A stretch of 64,000 nucleotides of DNA from Azolla caroliniana (Eukaryota > Plantae > Polypodiophyta). Below the pieces are notes generated by a model. That model worked only from the letters and a program-made list of their open reading frames with translations, was not told the origin of the DNA and ran no database searches. The stretch lies in NCBI GenBank assembly GCA_043228905.1, contig JBHGNT010000008.1:20956001-21020000 (forward strand), in the 5' to 3' direction. Shown here piece by piece: positions 24,740-36,600 of this stretch. The translations under genes and the position numbers were made by a program. How positions within the stretch are numbered: the stretch's first letter is position 1; the number at the start of each line of letters is the position of its first letter.

Positions 24740-25801
24740 ATGAGGAAAGCATTGTGGCAGTATGCGAGGACCTCGCGTAGGACTATCGCACACTAGCGGA
24801 CCAACACTCTGAAGAACTCACACAGCTGTTGGAAGATTTCGGGGAAAGTCAAGAAGAGATTTTCCGCCGGCTAATGGAGATCCGTAGCGAACAGTAGAGG
24901 ATGGAGACAATTGTGGTACCAGACAACGATTGTGCCGAACAAGATGAGCCTCAGCCTAATTCGAATAACCTAGTGGAGGTGACCACTCCGCTTCTCCACG
25001 TGACGGAAGATATGGACAAGTAAGAGCCCCGTCTAACCGCCTTACCACAGAGTGAAGAGCCAATGCCAGAACCATGGAGGAATGATCCGGATATCGAATC
25101 AACTGAGCCGGTCCTGATCACGTGGAGTAAAGATGACAACATGCAAACTCACACACCAGCCGAACGTGGTGAAGTGGATGACACGCAATTGGAGGGGTCG
25201 ATCAAGCCAAACAGCGACGCCCCTACGACCGTCACGCTACCCTCGGACCACGACACACGAGCAGAGCCGAACATCCTGGACATTTTGGACGATGAATAGA
25301 CAGATGGGTTCGACATGCCATGGCACTGTCCCACAGGTGTGCCAAGTGTTGTCCGCCGAAATAATAACCGCCGGACATAACGCGGGATAAATTAATATAC
25401 AAATTAAAATATTGTAAGAAACGAATGTAACGGTTCACGCCCTGTGTACATAAAGGGCAGAAATCCTATGTAAAGGGTTAGCATTGTTTTGAGAGTTCTT
25501 TTCTAATAGAGTACTATCTCCCCTGATCTATTGTGTAAGTGCCAGTGTGATATTGAGTGAGGGTTATACTCTATTAAGAAGTGTGTACTTGTAAACGTAA
25601 GGTTAAGCGTGTTCGTGTAGTTACACATCGTTCCTTCGGTTGTAGCCGGGAACCTTCACGCCCCTGTAGATACGTACTATTCAGTAACAAGTCAGATATG
25701 GACGTATGCATTATGCCTCTCTATCTCTTGTAACGCAACCCCTTGACACCTACCCCGAAGGACTGTGGGTAGACGGTGGTCTAGCCGACAGTACGCCGAC
25801 A
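24740..25801 (+). mobile_element. 3' end of a K-related Gypsy: extra-ORF tail, tRNA-like motif 25305-25344, LTR 25347-~25801
   Basis: EDLA*DYRTLADQHSEELTQLLEDFGESQEE matches the K extra ORF; the LTR starts TGTTGTCCGCCG like the K LTR. Confidence 0.8.
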
Positions 25802-26950
25802 ATAAGCACCTGGTGTGCCGGCTGAAGAAGAGCCTATACGGACTGAAGCAAGCTCCCCGACAATGGTACCGGAAGTTCAACTCCTTCATGACCGACCAAG
25901 GGTACCTCAAAACGCAAGCTAATCACTGCGCGTTTGTGAAGAAATTTGACGGAGGAGATTTCCTGATACTTCTATATGTGGATGATATGCTAATCGTCGG
26001 ACGAGACCAAGTCAAGATACAGATGCTAATGAAGGCTCTGAACCAGACCTTCTCAAAGAAAGAGTTGGGGCCGGCAAGATAGATATTGGGAATGCACATT
26101 ATCCGGGACTGGTCTAAGAAATTGTTGTGGTTGTCACACCTGGAGAAGTACGTGACAAAGGTGCTTCAACGATTCAACATGTTGGAGGCAAAACCGGTCG
26201 GATCGACACTTTTGGCAAACTGCAAGCTATCCGGAAAACAAAGCCGGAGGACAAAGGCAGAGAAGACATATATGACGAAGATACGATATGCCTCTATCAT
26301 CGGAAGTTTGATGTACGCAATGGTGTGTACCCGGCCGGATATCAGATATGCAGTCGGAGTGGTGAGCCGGTTCATGAACAATCCCGAAAGAGAGCACTGG
26401 ATTGCAGTCAAGTGGATACTCTGGTATTTGAAAGGCACCTCGAGTATGTGCCTACGGTTCGGCTCCGGTAATCCCCAACTTGACGGATTCACGGATTCAG
26501 ATATGTTGGTTGATGCAGATACCAGTCGGTCTACATCCGGATATGTCATGACTTATGTAGGGGGAGCTGTTTCGTGGCAGTCGAAGCTGCAGAAGACAGT
26601 TGCGTTGTCAACCACGGAGGCGGAGTACATGACAGTTGTACAAGCTAGCAAGGAGATAATCTGGATGAAGGACTTCATCAGAGAGCTAGGGATCCAAAAG
26701 GTGGAATACCGGCTCTACTGCGACAGTCAAAGTGTCATCCACCTTGCAAAGAACGCGGACTACCATTACTGGACGAAACATATCCAGCGGAGGTACCACT
26801 AGATCCGGGAGAGAGTAGAAGATCAAGAGTTCGTGCCGACGAAGATCCACATAGAGGAGAACGGGTCCGATATGTGGACCAAGGTGTTGACAACCGACAA
26901 GCTGGGCGCGTGCCGAAAGTGAACCAGGTTGGCGAGACATCCCATGCCGG
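25802..26950 (+). pseudogene. pol: Tork/Tnt1-like Copia E RT and RNase H
   Basis: VCRLKKSLYGLKQAPRQW, LYVDDML, GFTDSD...STSGY, ALSTTEAEY, TKHIQRRYH. Confidence 0.93.
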
Positions 26951-26965
26951 AGTGAAGGGGGAGAT

Positions 26966-27203
26966 TGTTGGGAAATCGGTCCATCCGGATGTGATCCAGT
27001 TATGAATGGAGAGGACCCAGTGAGAACCGGAAGAGATCCGAAAACCGGATCGGTGGACTTGGTGAGAACTAGAAGAGAAAACATATTTGTAAATATGTTT
27101 TGAGTAAGCCTATTGAGGCTATATTTGTAAATAGCCCCGAATTCATATAAGTATAAATATGACTTAGTGCAATCACTTTAGAAGTGTGAGAGAGTGTTGT
27201 AGT
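26966..27203 (+). repeat. 3' LTR of E, first part (remainder 44193-~44451)
   Basis: PPT GAAGGGGGAGAT then TGTTGGG; split by D with TSD GTAGT. Confidence 0.85.
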
Positions 27204-27309
27204 TGTCCAGAATAGTATTAAAACAGAGAGAGAATTAGTACTAAAGAAGGGAAGTACTATTAGTTTTAAGAGGACGGACTACGTAAGACTCACGAGAGAG
27301 AGAGAGCGA

Positions 27310-27363
<54 letters not shown>

Positions 27364-27502
27364 GATGATAACAAATGATATATTATGTGAAGAGTAAGTA
27401 CAAAATAGTTATGAGGCTTAAGACTGGCGTTGAACCAATTTGGTTCGAAATAATGCCTTGTTCCTCTTTTTATAGTGTTCTCAGGAATAGTCCTGAAGCT
27501 CT

Positions 27503-30500
27503 TGTCGGTAATACAGAAAGGACCCAGTTGTTGATAATCCAATTTGTCGCACAGTCGAGTTGTCTTGATGTGACGACGTAAGAGCCATACTCGATCTCCA
27601 ATGGCAAAAGAGGAGGGAAGCCGATGACGATTTGCATGTCTTTTGAGTGTGTTGAGCATGACGAAGATGAGTAGATAGATCCATCTGAATCTTGCATAGC
27701 CTCTCCAGATGATCCTCAGCACGAGGATTGGTAGGTACCTCCGGAGTGTCGATCATAGACCAACGATGATGAGAACCGGTATAAGTGTAAAATGGCAAGA
27801 CCCGAGTCGAGGAGTGAATAGCGTTGTTATATGCAAACTCCGCAAAGTGGAGAATATCAGCCCAATCGTCCTATTGATAACTCAAAAAACACCGAAGATA
27901 TTGTTCCAGTGTTCGATTCGTTCGTTCCGCTTGCCCATCGATTTGGGGATGGTAGCCGGAGGAGAGGTTGCAAGAGACCTTGACCATCTTGAAGAGATGC
28001 TTCCCAAATTTGGAGACGAATTGAGGTCCTCGGTCATTGATGATACTGTCTGGGAGGCCATGATGCCGAAATACCTCACGCATGACAAGGGTTGCGGTTT
28101 CCTCACTAGTGATGGCCTTAGTACAAGGCACAAAATGTGCCATCTTAGTATATCGATCGACAACGGTTAAGATAGCATCGAAACCCTTCGAGACTCAAAG
28201 ATATGTAATAAAATCAAGACAAATGGACTGCCACGGCTTACTTGGAATTGGTAAGGATTCCAACAAGCCATATGGATGATGTCGTGGCATCTTTGCTCGG
28301 CAACAAGCATCACAGGTCCAAACATAGTCATCGACAAAACGTCGCATATGGGGCCACCAAAAGGATCATTGCACTAGATCCAACGTCTTAGTACTACCGA
28401 AATGTCCAGCTGTATGGGTGTCGTGACAATTTTGGACGATTTGAAGGCGGCAAATCGGGAACATACACAAGCTTTTTAAAGAATAATAAACTATCATGAT
28501 ATTTGAATTGTCGGTAGTCCATACCTTGTTGTTGAGACTGGGAACAGGATGCCTGAGAGGCATCAATTTGCGCTAGAATGGCTTAAGCAAAACTATTTGT
28601 CTTCAAGTTGGCACGTATGGCATCGATAATCCGGGAATCTAGTGAAGTGTGAAAAATCCGCGTTGTGTGCAAACATGTTAGTCCCAAGATTACCATCTTT
28701 TAATTATCAAATGTTGGATCACCCGAGTGAGGTGCAAGATATGAACATCGCAATAGTGCATCTGCTTTTCCTTGCTGCTTCCCTGGCTGATATGTGATTT
28801 TGAAGTCAAAAGGCATGAGGAATTGGGCCCACCAAGCTTGTCGTTGATTTAGTAAACGAGTGTTCTAGAAGTAAGCAAGATTTTTGTGATCACTGAAGAC
28901 GATGACCTAATGAGGAGAGCCCTCAAAGAAGTGCCTCCATTGCACAAATGAATCCACGATGGCTAATAACTCTTTGTCATGTATCTCGTAGTTAATTTCC
29001 ACGGCATCAAATTTGCGTGAGTGGAAAGCCACAGAATGTAACTTTTCTTTATCTCCTTGTTGTGAAAGGATGCTACCGAGGGCGAAATCCGATGCGTCGG
29101 CCTCCATGATGAATGGTTTGTTAGTATCCGCATGACCTAGAATAGGAGCGGATGTAAAGGCTTTCTTAAGATGCATAAAAGCAATGTCCGCTTCATTGGA
29201 CCAAAGAAATGGTTGTCCCTTCTTGGTAAGTTGTGTGAGAGGTAAAATAATCTTCGAGTAATCTTGTATAAACTTGCGGTAGAGGTTAGCAAAGCCTAGA
29301 AAACATTGCACATCTCGTAACCAACGTGGAGTTTGCCACTCTTGCACAGTTTGGACTTTAGTTGGATCCATAGAGATGCCTTTTGAGGAGATGACGTAGC
29401 CTAGAAATTCCACTTGCTTGCAGTCAAAGCTACATTTTTCTAGTTTTGCATAAAGACCATGCTCTCAGAGTCATTTTAGTACTAATAGTACATGAGAATC
29501 ATGCTCTTCTTGGGTCTTCGAATAAATCAATAGATCATCCAAATAGATGATAAAACAGATATCCAAGACATCTCCAAATATATCATTTGCCATGTGCTGG
29601 AAGACTGCAGGCGCATTGGTTAAACCAAACGACATAACGGTATACTCAAAGTGCCCATATCGGGTGCGAAAAGCAGTCTTCCATTCGTCTCCTAGTCGGA
29701 TCCGCACGAGGTTATATGCTCCTCGTAAGTCAATTTTTGTAAAAAACTTGGCACCATTTACACGTTCTAATAGACTTGATATAAGGGGAAGTGCATACCT
29801 ATTCCGAATGGGGACCTTATTCAAGCCACGGTAATCAACGACGAGACGAAGGGATCTATCTTTCTTTTTGACAAAGAAAATGGGTACACCAGCCGGAGAT
29901 TTCGAATGATGAATAAACCTGCTTGCCAAATTCTTTTCTATGTAGGCTCGAAGGACTTCCAACTCGGTTGGTGACAAGTTGTAAATCGGTCCCCAAGGTG
30001 GCTCTGTTCCTGGTTGTAAATTGATGGGACAATCATAGGGACGATGATGAGGAAGACTACCAGCTCTGACCTTGTCAAATACATCGACATAAGGATGATA
30101 TTTCGTGGGAAGTTGAACTAAGGATTCCTTTTTAATGGTGTTAGAAGGATGTATTGATATTGCAAATAGAAACATTGACTCCTTGCGTCCTTCGCATAAT
30201 TGATGCAGCAAAATGGTCGAAACCCAATGAGTAGATTCTCGGGGTTGTTGATAGCAGACTTCTATTGTTCTCCAATCTATGTCTAGATTATGTACTTCAA
30301 ACCAAGGTAATCCCAGGACAATGGGATACTCTGGACTACTAATTATATTAAATGATACCACACACACAAAGCTATCTAGGACAACCTGAATGGGTTCTGA
30401 CTCTTCTACGATATTCCCAGAAGCAATGGGACAACCATCAATGACTACTACAAATGCGGGGCAAGGAAGTTTTCTTAAGGATATCTGAGAAGCTTGGGCA

Positions 30501-30710
30501 AAATTCTGATCCATGAAATAGGAATTGGCTCCAGAATCTAAAAGTGCTAAGACATGTACTGGAGGGGTACTTTTAGTACTAATCATGACTTGGGCTAAGA
30601 ACACATTGCTAACTTGCTTAGAGGGAATGAAACCACTAATGGACTGCATAGATCTAGGGTTGTCCAACCAAACGACTCCTATTTTGGCTAGACTTAGTCG
30701 TTTAACTCTT
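27503..30710 (-). pseudogene. pol: Chromovirus D pol
   Basis: ORFs 29471-30667 (PR-RT), 28907-29413 (RNase H), 27871-28143 (integrase). Confidence 0.93.
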
Positions 30711-32065
30711 CCTCTAATTGATAAAGGATTTCAAATTTGTTTGAGATACTTGGGCTATCAGTACTATTAATATTATCAAACACTCCTAAGGGAATTGACT
30801 CGGGTTTAGTACAGGCTACGATTTGATTTACCTGTCTTCTTGGCCTATGGGGACAGTTGATGGCGATATGCCCCAGTCCACCGCAATAAAGACATAATCG
30901 ATTTGCACGTCGTCATTGCTTTTCTTCTTCCGATAACGGGCCACGTTGACGCATTGTGTCGATCTCCATCGGTGTCGGAGTATTTTCCTGAGATACATCT
31001 CGTGCAACCAGTTTAGCTACGACTGAGCCGTATGTGGGCTCTGGCCTAGTCCGTGGCATTTGAAATTAACATTCCGAACGTCGTTCGAAAAGGTGGTTGT
31101 TGCATCGGACCGCTCGATTGATTGCCTCTGTAAGAGATTTTGATTCTTCGGGAAAGATTAAAAGTAAATATTTGACGTCATTTCGAAGGCGTAGCAGAAC
31201 TGCTCCATTAGTGCTTGATCATCCTAAGGGATATCTGAGGCGAGTAGATGGAAATCCGCCACGTAGGCAAAGGCTGGACGATCGCCTTGACGCAATCATC
31301 GGATTTTGTTGATCGGCGTCCTGATGTTGTCGGTATCTCCAAAGCAGGCTTTCAACTCGCTAATAAACTCTTCGAAATTATTTAACAAGGGAGTTTGTTT
31401 TTCCAAAAGCGGACTGAACCATGCCAAAGCTGAGCCATTGAGCAACATGCCTATTAGGCCTACTTGGGATGCATCAGTGGGGTATCAAGTGTTGAGAAAC
31501 AAGCTCAACATGGTATGTGATGCTTATTGGGAAATAAGCTATAGTAGTTATTTAGCTACTTGTGAACATAAAGGAGAAACAATTAATTAGCTACTAACAT
31601 CTATTTAGCGACTGACAACTAATTAGCTGCATATGTAAGTAACTTATTACTTAGGTAAAAAGTAAGAGAGTAGGTAAGTAAGAAATATACAGGAAGTAGA
31701 ACTCTAAGAGAGAGAGTGAGGATAGAGAGGAAGAACTCAGAGAGTGAGATTAGAAGAGAGAAACAGACGAGAGCAAGTAGAGCTTTGCGTGTATTGAAAT
31801 AGAAGAAGTTTTGGCTGCTACAGAGGTAAGTCTCCTTCCCCCTTCCCTTCTGTGTTTGAGCACCAAAACGATCCAGCACACCACGATCCGTCACGCACAT
31901 AAAGAAGAGCCTGAGTGCCTTCTTCACATTTTTTTAACATGGTATCAGAGCGAGTTGCTCATAAAGAAGAGTACAGAAGTGCATAGATCTGAGAAAGGTA
32001 TTTCTCTGTTTGCTGATCTGAATCAGAAAGTTACTTGTTGAAGTAATCGTAGCAGAAACCCTAGT

Positions 32066-33010
32066 TTGGAAGAGATAATGACTGCAGAGAATGCGGGCCA
32101 AATAGTTACAGAGAAACTAGATAAAAACAATTTCCCGGCGTGGAAATTTAGAATGACAAATTTCCTGATGGGGAAAGGATATTGGGATTACATTAAAGGA
32201 GACCTAGAAGAGGCTCCGGAGATCCCAGAAGAAAATGCCACAGCAGCACAGATTAAAGCATTCAAAGATTGGAATCAAGGGGCAAGGAAGGTAATGCATT
32301 GGCTCTCACTTAGCATCTCAGATTCTATGCTTGGGCACATACAGGATGTTATGCTCCCAGAAGAAGCTTGGGACAGTTTGGTAAAACTGTTTGCAGTAAA
32401 CACAAAAGCTAGAAAGCTACAATTGAAGACTGAGCTAAATACCTTAGAAAAAGGTAAGATGTCAATAAATGAGTATGCTTTGAAAATAAAGAGCATATGT
32501 GAATCACTTGCTTCTATCAATGTAAAGATAGAAGATTATGATAAGGTAGAAATATGCTTAAGAGGCTTAGGACCTCAATACAAAAGCTTTAAAACCTCTA
32601 TGCTTACAAGGGATAGTATCCCAAGTTTTCCATATCTGGTTTCAATGCTTGTAGTAGAAGAAAGGAATCAAATGGATGATGTAAATAAAGGAAATCTTGA
32701 GAATGAGGGGCAAGCCCTATATAATAGTGTTGGAAGAGGCCGAGGAAGAGGCCATGAAAGATTTGGCTCAGCAAGAACCAACAATAATGGTTATCAAGGA
32801 AGAGGACAACAAACCATTAGAGGAAGAAACAACAACAAAGGCAGGGGGAGCAACCAAGGTAGAGGTAAGCAAACATATGTAAATGATGATGGTTGTTGGT
32901 ATTGTGGAAAACCAGGCCACACACAGGCTGAATGTTACAAGAAGCAAAATCATGACCAAAGAGGAAAGAGACAGCAGAATAACTATGCCCAAACTAGTGA
33001 AGATTGGTAA
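32066..33010 (+). CDS. gag: Copia C Gag
   Basis: 314-aa ORF with EKLDKNNFPAWKFRM and CWYCGKPGHTQAEC. Confidence 0.9.
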   Translation: MEEIMTAENAGQIVTEKLDKNNFPAWKFRMTNFLMGKGYWDYIKGDLEEAPEIPEENATAAQIKAFKDWNQGARKVMHWLSLSISDSMLGHIQDVMLPEEAWDSLVKLFAVNTKARKLQLKTELNTLEKGKMSINEYALKIKSICESLASINVKIEDYDKVEICLRGLGPQYKSFKTSMLTRDSIPSFPYLVSMLVVEERNQMDDVNKGNLENEGQALYNSVGRGRGRGHERFGSARTNNNGYQGRGQQTIRGRNNNKGRGSNQGRGKQTYVNDDGCWYCGKPGHTQAECYKKQNHDQRGKRQQNNYAQTSEDW

Positions 33011-33561
33011 AAAGATGGTGCATTTGTGGTACAACATGAGATAGCAACAGTGGCTGAAAGCTCACAAAAATGTAATGAAGAGTTTACATGGTATGTAGAG
33101 TCGGGGGCATCTAACCAGTGTCATGATATGGCAAGACTCGAACCCATGACCTTATGGTATATGGGTCGAGCTCTTAACCATCACACCATCTATTGTAATT
33201 CATATAATATTATTTTCATTTATGTTTTATTATAAAAAAGTAATGTATATTCCAGATTTCTCTGGAACATTCTAGAACTTTCAGGATTACTCCTGACAAC
33301 ACTATAAAAGAAGGCACTAGACATTATGTTGAACCAAATTGGTTCAACGCCAGTCTTAAGCCTCTTAGCCGCTTTGTACTTATCTTTTCACATAATATAT
33401 TAGTTGTTGTCATCATCTTTCTCTCTCTCTCATCCTCACTATCTCTCTCTCCTCTTCTCAATTCCTCTCTCGGGAATCTCACGCAGTCCCGTCTTCTTAG
33501 TACTAATAGTACTTCTCTTATTAGTACTAATTCCATCTCTGCTTTTGTACTATTCCTAACA

Positions 33562-33575
33562 GTTTGAACTAATTT
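33562..33575 (+). promoter_or_regulatory. Self-priming PBS of B
   Basis: GTTTGAACTAATTT is complementary to AAATTGGTTCAAC located about 30 nt downstream of the LTR TATA (CTATAAAAG). Confidence 0.7.
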
Positions 33576-33637
33576 GTCTTCCTTTCCTCCAGCCTACTTG
33601 TCGTTCTCCCTCATCCTCCTACCCTTTTCCCTATACT

Positions 33638-36600
33638 ATGGCTACTGTTAGTGCCCAAGAATATCAATCCTTTTTCTCCGAGTTACAGTGCCTAAAAGAA
33701 AAGTTTGTTGCTCTGGAACAAGAAAACCAACGGTTGATAGGGGATCTGCAACAAATCGCTCTCGAAAAACAACAAACGCAACAACAACATGGGGAGTTAG
33801 CGTTACGGGTACAACAACTCGAAGCAGCGTTGCAACAACAAGGATCAAGTCCCCAAGGATTTCATAAAGAGCCCAAGATTGGACTTCCTGTGAAATTTGA
33901 TGGAACACGATCACAATTCCGGGGATTCCTTAATCAAGTACGCTTAGTCATCCAGATGCATCCTTCCTGATATCCCACTGATGCATCTCGAGTCGGCCTA
34001 ATAGGCATGTTACTTAGCGGCTCAGCCTTGGCATGGTTCGCTCCACTTCTAGAAAAACAATCACCCTTGCTTAATAACTTTGAAGATTTTATTGGTGAGT
34101 TTAAAGCCTGCTTTGGAGATACCGACAGCATCAGGACGGCGATCAACAAGATCCGAAGATTGCGTCAAGGCAATCATCCAGCCTCGACCTACGTAGTAGA
34201 TTTCCATCAACTCGCCTCAGATATCCCCTGGGATGATCAGGCCCTCGTGGAGCCGTTTCGCTACAGCTTGCGCAACGATGTCAAAGACTTGCTTTTAACC
34301 TTCGCCGAGGAACCAAAGTCTCTTACGGAGGCAATCAGTCGAGCGGTCCGATGCAACAACCGCCTTTTCGAATGGCATTCGGAACGTCAGTTACAAATAC
34401 CACGCTCTCGGCCGGAACCCACATACGCCTCAGTCACAGCTAAACCGTTTACACGCGATGTACTTCAAGCCAATATTCCGACACCGATGGAGATCGACAT
34501 CATGCGTCGACGCGGCCCGTTATCGGAAGAAGAAAAGCAACGATGACGTGCCAATCGATTATATCTTTATTGCGGTGGACCAGGGCATATCGCCATCAAT
34601 TGTCCCCATAGGCCAAGAAGACAGGTAAATCAAATCGTCGCATGTACTAAACCCGAGTCAATTTTTCCCTTCGGAGTGTCTGATAGTATTAGTAGTGCTA
34701 ATAGAGTGTCGGATAGTATTCATAGTACTAATAGCCCAAGTATCTCAAATAAATTTGAAATCCTTAGTCAATTAGATGAAGAGTTAAACGATTGAGTCCA
34801 GCCAAAATAGGAGCCGTTTGGTTGGACAGCAGCCCTAGATCTGTACAGCCTATTAGTGGTTCCATTCCTTCTAAGCAAGTTAGCAATGTGTTCCTAGCCC
34901 AAGTCATTGTTAGTACTAAAAGTACTCCTCCAATACCCGTCCTAGCACTTTTAGATTCCGGAGCTAATTCTTGTTTCATGGATCGAAATTTTGCCCAAGC
35001 TTCTCAAATATCCTTAAGAAAACTTCCTTGTCCCACATCTGTAGTAGTCATTGATGGTCGTCCCATTGCTACCGGGAATATTGTAGAGTATAACCTCGTG
35101 CGGATCTGATCGGGAGATGAATGGAAGACCGCCTTTCGCACGCGATATAGGCATTTCGAGTATACTGTTATGCCGTTCGGCTTAACCAATGCACCCGCAG
35201 TCTTCCAACACATGGCAAATGATATATTCAGAGACCTCTTGGATATCCGTTTGATCATCTATCTGGATGATCTATTGATTTATTCGAAGACCCAGCAAGA
35301 ACACGATTCTCATGTACTATTAGTACTAAAACAACTCCGCGAGCATGGTCTTTATGCCAAGCAAGAAAAATGTAGCTTTGACTGCAAGCAAGTGGAATTT
35401 CTAGGCTACGTCATCTCCTTAAAGGGGATCGCCATGGATCCAGCTAAAGTCCAAACTGTACTAGAGTGGCAAATTCCACGGTCGGTACGAGATGTACAAT
35501 GTTTTCTACGTTTTGCTAACTTCTACCGTAAGTTTATATAGGATTCCTCGAAGATTATTTTACCCCTCACACAACTTACGAAGAAGGGCCAAGCATTTCT
35601 TTGGTCCATTGAAGCAAATATGGCTTTTCGGCATCTTAAGAAAGCCTTTACATCAGCATCGATTCTAGCTCATGTGGATACCAGCAAACCATTCATCATG
35701 GAGGCCGACGCTTCAGATTTCGCTCTTGGTAGCATCCTTTCTCAACAAGGAGATAAAGAAGAGTTGCATCTGGTGGTTTTCCATTCGCGCAAATTCGATG
35801 TCGCGGAAATCAACTACGAAATACATGACAAGGAGTTATTAGCCATCGTGGATTCATTTGTGCAATGGCGGCATTTCTTAGAGGGCTCTCCACATGAGGT
35901 CATTGTCTTTAGTGATCATAAAAATCTTGCTTATTTCCAGAACGTTCGCGTACTAAATCGACGGCAAGCTCGGTGGGTGCAATTCCTCACGCATTTCGAC
36001 TTCAAAATCACAGATCAACCAGGGAAGCAGCAAGGAAAAGCAGTGCACTATCACGACGTTCATATCTTGCACCTCGTCCTGGTGATCCAACATTTGATAA
36101 TCAAAAGCAAGTAATCTTGGGACCAACACGATTGCACACGACACGGATTTTTCACACCCCGATGGATTCACGGATTACCGATGATATACGTGCAAACTTG
36201 AAGACAGATAGCTTTGGACAAGACATCCTGGCGCACATTGATACTTCTCGGGCATCCTGTTCTCAATCTCAACAACCAGGTATTGACTACCGACAATTCG
36301 AATATCATAATGGTTTCTTATTCTTTAAAAAGCGCGTATATGTCCCCGATTGCTCCTGTCGCCTTCAAATCGTCCAGCATTGTCACGACATCCATACAGC
36401 GGGACATTTCGGTAGTACTAAGACGTTGGAGCTAGTGCAGCGATATTTTTGGTGGCCCCACATGCGCCGTTTTGTTGACGACTACGTTCGGACCTGTGAT
36501 GCTTGCTGCCGAGCAAAGATGCCACGACACCATCCATATGGCTTGTTGGAACCCTTACCGATTCCAAGTAAGCCGTGGCAATCTATTTGTCTTGATTTTA

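Noticed and set aside
31490-31523. Mini-LTR plus PBS at the start of the C LTR (TGTTGAG...CTCAACA TGGTATGTGATGC)
   Set aside because: Only 6 nt match the Met PBS, related LTRs (F, G, N) lack it, and the hairpin is explained by the inverted-repeat arm.
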